A stretch of DNA of 18,037 nucleotides, taken from Pseudobacteriovorax sp. (GTDB lineage: Bacteria; Bdellovibrionota_B; Oligoflexia; Oligoflexales; Oligoflexaceae). This document shows, piece by piece, positions 1 to 7,231 of the stretch (positions within the stretch are counted from its first letter, which is position 1; every line of letters begins with the position of its first letter). The notes beneath the pieces are model-generated. The model did no database searches, was not told the DNA's origin, and saw only the letters and a program-made list of their open reading frames with translations. The position numbers were made by a program, and so were the translations under genes. Where the stretch lies: positions 1 through 18,037 of the forward strand of contig JBNKNM010000025.1 in assembly GCA_050293845.1 (NCBI GenBank), read 5' to 3'.

Positions 1-84
1 ATACCCGCCGCGCCCAACTCAGTATTTCCGAGCTAGGATTAATATCCCGCATATCTGCGCCTTGGTCAAGGTAATTTTTACCCT
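1..84. repeat. Copy 1 (truncated by window start) of ~150-bp conserved upstream repeat
   Basis: 1-84 aligns to 1417-1500 (offset 1416) with few mismatches; weaker similarity continues through the promoter and leader to ~197/1612. Confidence 0.95.
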
Positions 85-143
85 ATTTTATTTTATTTTT
101 AGGGTAATTTTTGTTTGACTCTTTAGGTCCAGCGCCATACCAT
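68..143 (+). promoter_or_regulatory. sigma70 promoter with paired operator-like sites
   Basis: TTGACT(115-120)-17 bp-TACCAT(138-143). AAGGTAA-TTT-TTACCCT at 68-84 and AGGGTAATTTTTGT at 101-114, 16 bp apart. Confidence 0.8.
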
Positions 144-205
144 TAGAAACATCAGAGAGGCTAGTCTCTCCTACCTTCCAAATCCCACAGGGGAAAGGAG
201 TTTTA

Positions 206-460
206 ATGAGTCTTGAAAATTATATAGCCCGACGAATCACCGAAAAAATCGACGAACACCTAACCTGCATTGCTCGACGCATCGCAAACAAGGTTAACGA
301 AGACCTAGAGGACAAAGTCTCTGAGGCACTTGAGAGAGCGGTCGAAAAAGAACTAGAAGACTATCCGATCAGCAACAGATTCAAAGACGAAATTGACGAA
401 CTTTTAACGTCAACCATTAAAGATCAGGTAAACAAAACAATCAATATTTGGAACGATTAA
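206..460 (+). CDS. Hypothetical acidic helical protein with internal IARRI repeat
   Basis: 84-aa ORF; AAGGAG RBS and conserved leader upstream; YIARRITEKIDEHL / CIARRIANKVNEDL duplication. Confidence 0.8.
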   Translation: MSLENYIARRITEKIDEHLTCIARRIANKVNEDLEDKVSEALERAVEKELEDYPISNRFKDEIDELLTSTIKDQVNKTINIWND

Positions 461-485
461 AGTCCCACAGGGGAAAGGATTTATC

Positions 486-1277
486 ATGTCTAATCAAAAT
501 TCAATTAAGCCGATGCAACTAAAAGCCAGACAAGAAAACGATATCGAGAGGTATCTCTCTAACCCACTCTATGCCATGCAAGAAAAGTACGATGGGGAGC
601 GACTAATGATCTATATAGCACGACAAAACGAGGTATATTCCTACAACAAAAGAGGGGATCTTATTGCCAATAGCCCTATCATTACTGGCTCAGTTAAAAA
701 AATAAACCTAGCGCCAATCGACTATCACATAAGCCTAGATGGCGAGTTTGTGAAGGATAAATTTTTTGTTTTCGACATGATCACAGACTTAAACCGTAAA
801 CATTCCTACGAGGAACGTTATTCGCTCTTAAGAAACTTCATTTACAAACACAACCCTGACAACATTGTGCATGTTCCTAACATCAAAGGCGAGAAGGTTA
901 AGCGCGCTTTCCTTAATAATCTTCACGAAAGAAGATGCGAGGGTGCAGTATTTAAAAGAACGGACTCCCTTTACCGGCCAGCAAAACGATGCGAGGACCA
1001 AGTAAAAATCAAGTTCTATCAAACATGCTCGGTGATCTGCTTAGGTCAAGGAAGGGGCAAATCTGTTCGTATGGGAATGATGAATAGCGGCGAGATAATA
1101 GAAGTCGGCGCTGTCTCAATCGAGAAAGGACCAAAGCCGCAGGAGGGCGATATCATCGAAGTAAAGTACCTTTACGCCTACCAGGGAGGAAGCCTATACC
1201 AGCCTATCTACCTGAAGACTAGGACGGATGTAATCGCTTCTGAATGCCTCACAGACCAGCTAGTCTACAAACAATAA
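486..1277 (+). CDS. Minimal ATP-dependent DNA ligase (nucleotidyltransferase + OB domain)
   Basis: Motif I QEKYDGER, III SLDGEFV, IIIa FFVFDMI, IV EGAVFK, V VKIK, and C-terminal IIEVKY...LYQPIYLKTRTD (motif VI-like). Confidence 0.88.
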   Translation: MSNQNSIKPMQLKARQENDIERYLSNPLYAMQEKYDGERLMIYIARQNEVYSYNKRGDLIANSPIITGSVKKINLAPIDYHISLDGEFVKDKFFVFDMITDLNRKHSYEERYSLLRNFIYKHNPDNIVHVPNIKGEKVKRAFLNNLHERRCEGAVFKRTDSLYRPAKRCEDQVKIKFYQTCSVICLGQGRGKSVRMGMMNSGEIIEVGAVSIEKGPKPQEGDIIEVKYLYAYQGGSLYQPIYLKTRTDVIASECLTDQLVYKQ

Positions 1278-1283
1278 GGGAAG

Positions 1284-1308
1284 GGCAGCACGGAGGCTGC
1301 CTATTTTT
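1284..1308 (+). terminator. Intrinsic terminator after ligase gene
   Basis: GGCAGC-ACGGAG-GCTGCC hairpin followed by TATTTTT. Confidence 0.75.
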
Positions 1309-1318
1309 GTACTCGCTC

Positions 1319-1346
1319 CCAGCTAATATAACGTTATATTAGCTGG
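1319..1346. repeat. Perfect 28-bp palindrome
   Basis: CCAGCTAATATAACGTTATATTAGCTGG equals its own reverse complement. Confidence 0.95.
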
Positions 1347-1350
1347 TCAC

Positions 1351-1500
1351 TTTTTTGGCCGGACCCCCACGCTCTCGTGGACCTAAAGGGGCTAGTACCC
1401 TACCCGCCGGGGCTTGATACCCGCCGCGCCCAACTCAGTATTTCCGAGCTAGGAATAATATCCCGCATATCCGCGTATTAGTCAATGTAATTTTTACCAT
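1351..1500. repeat. Copy 2 of ~150-bp conserved upstream repeat
   Basis: Direct repeat of 1-84; near-identical inverted repeat of 3322-3471. Confidence 0.97.
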
Positions 1501-1559
1501 TATTTTTGTGTTTTTTAGGGTAAATTTTGTTTGACATCTCGGACCCAGTACCATATATT
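1484..1559 (+). promoter_or_regulatory. Strong sigma70 promoter with paired operator-like sites
   Basis: TTGACA(1531-1536)-17 bp-TATATT(1554-1559). GTAATTTTTACCAT(1487-1500) and AGGGTAAATTTTGT(1517-1530), 16 bp apart. Confidence 0.85.
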
Positions 1560-1623
1560 AAAAACATCGGAAGGGGATACAAACCCCACAACCTAAGTCC
1601 CACAGGGGAAGAAAGGAATCGTT

Positions 1624-2427
1624 ATGAACTTTTACGAGGAAAAAAAAGCGGCGCGCAAAGAACGTTACGAGCGCTATGCTGAAAACGCAGACAAGAGAAG
1701 CCAAGAAGCCTATGAAAAAGCAAGGCATATATCTAGCTATATCCCGCCCGGACAACCAATTTTAGTAGGGCACCACTCCGAAAAGCGACACCGAGCTGAT
1801 ATAAGTCGAATTGATAATCAAATGAGAACCTCTATCAATGAGCAGAAAAAGTCAGAATATTGGGCTGACAGGGCGGCATCCGTTGAAACTAACATTCAAA
1901 TTGATTCCGACGACCCTGACGCTATTACGAAGCTTAAAGATAAAATAGAGAGCCTTTTGATCGAAAATCAAAAATGCAAAGAGGTGAATAAGCGGTTAGG
2001 CAAGTTTAAAACATGGGAAATTTTACAAAAAAGTGGTGAAGAGGATCTAATCAAATATGTCGAAAGAAAAAGAGGTTATTACGCGTCACCATCTAATATG
2101 TTGCGTGATTTTTACCTTGATACCTCTCGCAATACCCGCGAAATTAGGCGCTTAAAGGAACGTATTGAAGGATTGCAACGGACAAAACTGATTCAAGATT
2201 TTTCAATTGGTGAAATAGATTTCAAGGTGATTGATGGACAAATCAGGGTTTACTTTCCAGGCATCCCAAGCGAATCAACAAGATTAGCATTAAAAAAGAC
2301 TTTCCAACTAAAATTCAGCCGCTACTCCAAAGCCTGGGTGAGAAAACTAACGCCGTCCATATCGGGATTCTACATTAATGAACTGAGAAAATGCTTATCG
2401 GCATCTATCGAAAGCACAAATAATTAA
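1624..2427 (+). CDS. DUF3560 domain-containing protein
   Basis: Signature IPPGQPILVGHHSEKRHR and IDSDDPDAITKLKDK; C-terminal RVYFPGIP...LKFSRYSKAWVR typical of this mobile-element family. Confidence 0.85.
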   Translation: MNFYEEKKAARKERYERYAENADKRSQEAYEKARHISSYIPPGQPILVGHHSEKRHRADISRIDNQMRTSINEQKKSEYWADRAASVETNIQIDSDDPDAITKLKDKIESLLIENQKCKEVNKRLGKFKTWEILQKSGEEDLIKYVERKRGYYASPSNMLRDFYLDTSRNTREIRRLKERIEGLQRTKLIQDFSIGEIDFKVIDGQIRVYFPGIPSESTRLALKKTFQLKFSRYSKAWVRKLTPSISGFYINELRKCLSASIESTNN

Positions 2428-2437
2428 GACCTATCGC

Positions 2438-2470
2438 GATCTATGGGGGCTGTCCTCATAGATTTTTATT
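2438..2470 (+). terminator. Hairpin / probable intrinsic terminator
   Basis: GATCTATGGGGG-CTG-TCCTCATAGATT stem followed by TTTATT. Confidence 0.6.
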
Positions 2471-2510
2471 AAACCTTTCAAATCCCACAGGGGAAGAAAA
2501 GGAACCCGTT

Positions 2511-2921
2511 ATGACTGTTTTTTCAAGGAACTATCGCCGAATCGAGAAGTTATTAAAAGCTGACTTCTCAAGTGAATGCCCAAGTTATGTGAAGTTTACC
2601 GCTGGCAGCTCGTTTATGCCGCTAACAGTTGAGGTCATCAACAAGGAGGCAGATTGGTTTGACCTCGCCATAGCTCACTACTTCGAGCAAAACGGCGACC
2701 TAGTTCAAGACCCCGAAATGGTGGTGCGTGTGTTTCCAAAGCTGGGTGTTGCGGAAGCTAAATCCTTTCAAAATCCATTCGGACCTGTCGTACCGGTGTA
2801 CAAGTACGAAGACGGCAAAACCCTGGTCAGCCCCTCCCAAAAGCGGGAGCAAAACAGCTTCTTAGAGTTCTGGCTTAAGAACATAAAAGCCCAAGGCTAC
2901 CAGGAAGCCACAAGGCATTAA
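2511..2921 (+). CDS. DUF6908/DUF1249-like protein
   Basis: FMPLTVE...LAIAHYFEQNGDLVQDPEM...NSFLEFWLKNIKAQGY pattern; leader motif and RBS upstream. Confidence 0.75.
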   Translation: MTVFSRNYRRIEKLLKADFSSECPSYVKFTAGSSFMPLTVEVINKEADWFDLAIAHYFEQNGDLVQDPEMVVRVFPKLGVAEAKSFQNPFGPVVPVYKYEDGKTLVSPSQKREQNSFLEFWLKNIKAQGYQEATRH

Positions 2922-2979
2922 CCCTTAAATCCCAAGGGGGCTAGACTCCCTTGTCTTGCAACCAACTATGGAGGACACC

Positions 2980-3237
2980 TTGCGGAAATTAACCAATTCA
3001 GAAATAACAAGTCTAGCGTCTCACTATGCCATAGATAAAGGATTGAAAGGAACAGCAGTAGAGGAAAAGATCTTAAAAGAGTGTACGACTATTGCCATTG
3101 ACAGCTACCAGAGCGATACACCTGGATATAGCGGCACGCTATATCTGGTGATTGGCTCCGGTGGTCCTGAGCTTTACCAACTCTTTGATAAGAACTTTTC
3201 TCCCATCGAACAAGATGTAATAGTGCGTGATTTTTAA
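2980..3237 (+). CDS. Hypothetical phage protein
   Basis: Track ORF 2956-3237; GGAGG lies just before in-frame TTG at 2980, the more likely start; contains YQSDTPGYSG. Confidence 0.7.
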   Translation: MRKLTNSEITSLASHYAIDKGLKGTAVEEKILKECTTIAIDSYQSDTPGYSGTLYLVIGSGGPELYQLFDKNFSPIEQDVIVRDF

Positions 3238-3288
3238 CATAAGAATTTACATAAACATTTGTTTTTATTAGTTCTTAGATAAAAAAAT

Positions 3289-3367
3289 AAAGTAATTTTT
3301 ACCCTTTTAAAATTTGATATCAGGGTAAAAATTACCTTGACCAATACGCGGATATGCGGGATATTAT
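3289..3367 (+). promoter_or_regulatory. Paired operators and probable promoter for repeat RNA / HTH gene
   Basis: Perfect 14-bp inverted repeat GTAATTTTTACCCT(3292-3305)/AGGGTAAAAATTAC(3322-3335), 16-bp spacer. TTGACC at 3337 and TATTAT at 3362 (long 19-bp spacer). Confidence 0.65.
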
Positions 3368-3471
3368 TCCTAGCTCGGAAATACTGAGTTGGGCGCGGCG
3401 GGTATCAAGCCCCGGCGGGTAGGGTACTAGCCCCTTAAGGTCCACGAGAGCGCGGGGGTCCGACCAAAAAA
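3322..3471. repeat. Copy 3 (inverted) of ~150-bp conserved upstream repeat
   Basis: Reverse complement of 1351-1500 with a handful of substitutions. Confidence 0.97.
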
Positions 3472-3489
3472 AGAAAAGGAAATCAAAAA

Positions 3490-3945
3490 ATGAAAGAAGT
3501 CAAAAAACCATACGCCATGCCAAAGATCCCTCAAAACCTGGAGGGGAAAACCAAAAAGGATCTGCACGGTAAAGACCTAGATACCTATAAAAATTGGATG
3601 AAACAGTGCGGATTGTGGCTCGAAGATCTGAGAATTGCGGCGGGCCTAGTCTTTCCTGAAGGCATCCAATCTACGGCTCCAGAGAAAAGAAAGTGGGAAT
3701 ACACCCAGGCAAGCGACCTAGTCTTTCTTTCCCATCATTCATGGGAGAAATTCGAGAAAGGTCAAAACCCTATCCCGCCTGGGATTGCTGAATATTTCTG
3801 TTTTAAGGTTGGGGAACCCGTGGAGGATTGGTGTGGATGGAAGCCAAGATTTGCCCCTGGCACAGAATCCAGGGCCATGAAAGTATTAAGGCGGGAAGCT
3901 CTCATGGCGTTAGTGACAAAGCTTGACGCTGAAATTGGAGACTAA
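3490..3945 (+). CDS. XRE/KorC-like helix-turn-helix regulator
   Basis: LEDLRIAAGL...YTQASDLVFLSHHSWEKFEKGQNPIPPGIAEYFCFK resembles XRE/KorC HTH with an insertion; AAGGA RBS. Confidence 0.6.
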   Translation: MKEVKKPYAMPKIPQNLEGKTKKDLHGKDLDTYKNWMKQCGLWLEDLRIAAGLVFPEGIQSTAPEKRKWEYTQASDLVFLSHHSWEKFEKGQNPIPPGIAEYFCFKVGEPVEDWCGWKPRFAPGTESRAMKVLRREALMALVTKLDAEIGD

Positions 3946-5858
3946 GTAGCATTCCAATAATTTGATTTTTTGTGGGGTTTCTTAGCCTTTTTCTTTTTGA
4001 CTGGCTTGTCGGCTGGCGCTAGGGCTTCGTCCATGTCGTCCCAAACTTTCTTAGACCATTTGTGAGCTCCAATAGAGTAATAGGCGGAGAAGGCCATGCA
4101 CACGTTGTCCAAGACTTCGTTATTCGGGTAAAGCTTATGCCACTCAAACTTTACGTGGCCGGTTGCGAGCTTGATACCAATGCAAGCCTCGGACGTTAGC
4201 TGCTTGAAAAATTCTTCAGAGAGTTGAGGGAAATGGATGAACCCTTTTGGGTATCCCTTATTTTTTCGCTCTTTCTCTGTGGGATTTTTCAGCCTAAGCT
4301 TGCCGTAGATTTCACTCTTCAGATAACCTGATCCCATTCCCCAAAGCCGTACACCCTTTTTGATAGTTTTACCCCTGATCGTTATATCAAGAGCCTTGGG
4401 AGTTGTGATAGGAGCCTCAAGGCTACGACCTTTCACCCCCATCACTAAGCGACTTTGCTTGGTTCGTATCCATTCGTAGACTCGACTGGAAATGTAGCCA
4501 GTGTCAATGGCTACCCTGCGAATCTTAAGCGTGTTACCGGATTCATGAGGCCAGTCATGGTCCAGAAGCCTATCAAGATCGTTCCAAACCTCGTCCTCAA
4601 GGGGATTGCCATCGAGAACGACATGATCCACAACATAAACTTGGTCCCGGGAATAGCCGAGAATGGTGGCCTCAAGTCTAGTTTTTTGGACATCGATGCC
4701 GCAGCAAAGAAGACTTGCGGCTTGTGGGACGGTCCCTGGCTTATAGGAAGATCGCCTGTGGTATAGTTGACGCCAATCGGGAACGTCATCACCTTTATAT
4801 TGGTAAGATAAACCCAAAGAAGTGTTGACCCAAACCTTATAAAGCTCAATGTCATGACGACATTCGAGAAAGTCGGATACAATCTCACCCCATTTTTTCC
4901 AGGGGCTATACATCTCATTTAGGTGAAAGCCGACTATTTTACGCTCGGGATAGGTAGCAATCCACTCCCCCGCCTCAAGCATTGCCATCTTGTCTTTTTC
5001 AGCAATCAAGGTTTTACAGGAAACACACTGATATTTAGCTGTATGTGGCAAATGCTCGCCGTCTTCATCCTTCTCCCAGATGACGTTTTCCCAAACAAAG
5101 GTCTGCCTATGTCCGCAATGCGGGCAGGGAACAAAGTAGTGGCGCTGGTCGGAGTCCAGAAACGCTTTTTCGATTCGTGATCCACCCTCGCCCTCGATGT
5201 ATTTCAGACCAGGAGTCGAAACAAAAATGTGCTTGCGGTTGTAGTATGTGGTTGTTCGTTTTTTAGCTAGGTTTAACGGGTCGCCTTCTTTACCGGCCGA
5301 TGCTGGATACCTGTCAATTTCGTCAGCAAGTAGTATTCGGATTGGGCGACTTGCCAGAGCTGATGGACTGTTACTGCCAGCGATTGTCAGATGCCCACCA
5401 GCAAATTGCTTGTGCATGACTGAGCTAGACTTGCCAATTACATCTTTAAGTACCGGAGAGTCCCGAACCATCGGCGACACTCTATCTTTTGAGAACGTTT
5501 TCCCCATGTCCAAGGTCGGTTGGATGCACAAAATCGGGCTGGGGTCATTGGCAACATAGTAGGCCAGCACAGCGAGAACAACGGTGGTCTTCCCAATTTG
5601 GGCGCTCGTCATTATCACTACTGTCTCAACGCCTTTCTCATTAATGGCATCAAGCATTCCTTTTTGATATGGAGCTCGGATTGTTTTATATAGCCCCGGT
5701 TCAGCGGATGCCTCCGCAGAGAGGTACATGGATTTTTCGGCAAACTCGGAGACTTTAAGCTGCGGGGGCGGCTTGAAAACTGATTGGATTTTTACGAGTG
5801 AGGAGAAAAAATTGGCTCTAAGACGCTGTACTAGCGTATGTGGAATCTGTTTGTCCAT
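3942..5858 (-). CDS. terL: Phage terminase large subunit, lambda gpA family
   Basis: Walker A SAQIGKT, Walker B ILLADEIDRYP, FVSTP, YFVPCPHCG, nuclease GIDVQ, AIDTGY, NEVLD. Start probably ATG 5858 (GGAG upstream); track gives 5873. Confidence 0.96.
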   Translation of the reverse strand: MDKQIPHTLVQRLRANFFSSLVKIQSVFKPPPQLKVSEFAEKSMYLSAEASAEPGLYKTIRAPYQKGMLDAINEKGVETVVIMTSAQIGKTTVVLAVLAYYVANDPSPILCIQPTLDMGKTFSKDRVSPMVRDSPVLKDVIGKSSSVMHKQFAGGHLTIAGSNSPSALASRPIRILLADEIDRYPASAGKEGDPLNLAKKRTTTYYNRKHIFVSTPGLKYIEGEGGSRIEKAFLDSDQRHYFVPCPHCGHRQTFVWENVIWEKDEDGEHLPHTAKYQCVSCKTLIAEKDKMAMLEAGEWIATYPERKIVGFHLNEMYSPWKKWGEIVSDFLECRHDIELYKVWVNTSLGLSYQYKGDDVPDWRQLYHRRSSYKPGTVPQAASLLCCGIDVQKTRLEATILGYSRDQVYVVDHVVLDGNPLEDEVWNDLDRLLDHDWPHESGNTLKIRRVAIDTGYISSRVYEWIRTKQSRLVMGVKGRSLEAPITTPKALDITIRGKTIKKGVRLWGMGSGYLKSEIYGKLRLKNPTEKERKNKGYPKGFIHFPQLSEEFFKQLTSEACIGIKLATGHVKFEWHKLYPNNEVLDNVCMAFSAYYSIGAHKWSKKVWDDMDEALAPADKPVKKKKAKKPHKKSNYWNAT

Positions 5859-6324
5859 TTGAAAGCTCCGCAAGGGCCTCCAGAATGAAAGGTCGAAGAT
5901 TATGTTCCGCTTCTTCTGGAGTCGTTAGTTCAAGTAGGTGGGGGGCGGCTTTTACAGGGATTGATAGAAGTTTGGCGCGCACGGCACCAACTAGGTTGGA
6001 CCATTCTTTTTCGACCAGGTCGGCAGGTAGCAACGTCTCAACCTTCCTGAGATAGTCGATCTGCTTTTCGTCAGCCTGCATGGCTGCAAGCCGAGCGCGT
6101 TCTTTATTGAGGTCATATTGGACTTGAGCGTCATTAGAAGAGAAGACCCTAGCAATGGCAGCACGGGCCTCATAAAATTTGGAGCGCCCCCTTGTTTTGA
6201 CCGGCTCCAAGTCACCAAGGCGCTTTTTGATAGTCCTGAAGTTCCGACCAGTTAAATACTCGAGATCCGATGCTGTTAAAAATTTCACATCTGAGTCGGT
6301 TTGGGGGGTGTTTGTATCCTGCAT
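5818..6324 (-). CDS. terS: Phage terminase small subunit (gpNu1-like)
   Basis: N-terminal wHTH-like segment, ERARLAAMQAD...LLPADLVE...VRAKLLSIP...EALAELS; overlaps terL start; GGAGG before ATG 6324. Confidence 0.88.
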   Translation of the reverse strand: MQDTNTPQTDSDVKFLTASDLEYLTGRNFRTIKKRLGDLEPVKTRGRSKFYEARAAIARVFSSNDAQVQYDLNKERARLAAMQADEKQIDYLRKVETLLPADLVEKEWSNLVGAVRAKLLSIPVKAAPHLLELTTPEEAEHNLRPFILEALAELSNGQTDSTYASTAS

Positions 6325-6424
6325 AGATACCTCCGAATACAGTTTGCATGCCGTCAAATACTTGTTATCACTGTGTTTTTCTAAGTTGTATGCTCCGCCG
6401 ATCTGAGAGGTAGGTCAAAAAAGT

Positions 6425-6469
6425 CGGCAGCGGTCTCCCCCCGCCCGGGACGGGCGTCAAAAGGGACCC
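6425..6469 (-). other. Candidate cos site (cosQ/cosN-like)
   Basis: Minus strand GGGTCCC (6469-6463; lambda cosQ is GGGTCCT), then GC-rich dyad GCGGGGGGAGACCGC (6444-6430), ~100 bp upstream of terS. Confidence 0.55.
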
Positions 6470-6561
6470 AAAAAATCTAAAAGATTTTAGTGGGTTGTTA
6501 TGTCAGCGCTATACTTACACGTATGGGTGGTGTGTCGTATAGACTTCTATTATTCTCTTAT

Positions 6562-6732
6562 TTAATCGCAGTAGCAGTCACAAGAAGAAGACGACCCCGA
6601 ATCATAGTCATAGTTATGGCAGGATTCTCCTGGATCGTAGTCATTATATAAGGCTTGCTCCAAGGTAGATTCCATGAATTCATCCATTGGCTTTGCCTTG
6701 CTACACTTCTTGGGCTTTTTGACTCTAGACAT
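6562..6732 (-). CDS. Small hypothetical protein (56 aa; not in ORF track)
   Basis: MSRVKKPKKCSKAKPMDEFMESTLEQALYNDYDPGESCHNYDYDSGSSSSCDCYCD; AAAGGTG RBS. Confidence 0.5.
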   Translation of the reverse strand: MSRVKKPKKCSKAKPMDEFMESTLEQALYNDYDPGESCHNYDYDSGSSSSCDCYCD

Positions 6733-6820
6733 AATTACACCTTTCGCAGTTGATATATGATATCAATTATATCATTGGTATCATATTGATATTATTTGAT
6801 ATATTTATATATCAAATATG

Positions 6821-6851
6821 AAAAGTAGAGGAAGCATTAGCCTCCTCTACT
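6821..6851 (-). terminator. Intrinsic terminator
   Basis: Minus strand AGTAGAGGAGGC-TAAT-GCTTCCTCTACT followed by TTT, just after the 6876-7148 gene. Confidence 0.75.
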
Positions 6852-6875
6852 CCGAGACTGCATCATGCAGTTTCG

Positions 6876-7148
6876 TTACCCTTTAAATGCGGCAAGAATT
6901 TTCTGCACCACATCAAGAGCCTGCTTGCTGAGAGTGAAACCCTCCACAATGTCAATGTCCTTTATTTCTTCTGGGACAAGTTGGACTCCTTCGATTGCGT
7001 CTCCGAGTTTTTTTCGGAACGACGGATCTTCGAAGATTTTAAGCGCATCCCAGATGCTAAGGCCGTCACCAGCCACTTCTTTACCCAAGGCCACACCCAG
7101 GGTTTCAATAAAGGCCAAAATTTGCTGAGTTTCATTAATACCCGACAT
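6876..7148 (-). CDS. Hypothetical phage protein
   Basis: 90-aa ORF, GGGAG RBS, amphipathic helical composition, terminator downstream. Confidence 0.75.
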   Translation of the reverse strand: MSGINETQQILAFIETLGVALGKEVAGDGLSIWDALKIFEDPSFRKKLGDAIEGVQLVPEEIKDIDIVEGFTLSKQALDVVQKILAAFKG

Positions 7149-7231
7149 AGATCGTCTCCCATGAAAACTAGTTCCCCCTTGTCATTGGAGGGTTAATAAA
7201 AATTTGGAAGGGTGCGCTTTAGAGGTGAAAT

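Noticed and set aside
183..2495. Integron attC sites or CRISPR repeats for the TCCCACAGGGGAA motif
   Set aside because: Only 13 bp, no RYYYAAC/GTTRRRY boxes, always tied to an RBS, and no integrase in the window.
1351..3471. IS/transposon with long terminal inverted repeats
   Set aside because: No transposase between the repeats, a third copy lies outside, and no target duplication was seen.
3368..3471. tRNA or known riboswitch
   Set aside because: No T-loop GTTCRA, acceptor stem or aptamer consensus that I can recognise.
4455..6406. Shadow ORFs within terL/terS (4455-4766, 4511-4918, 4923-5180, 5248-5559, 5840-6055, 5991-6218, 6179-6406)
   Set aside because: They overlap well-supported genes and show no motifs or convincing RBS.
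6876..7148. Holin
   Set aside because: No uninterrupted hydrophobic transmembrane segment and no adjacent endolysin.
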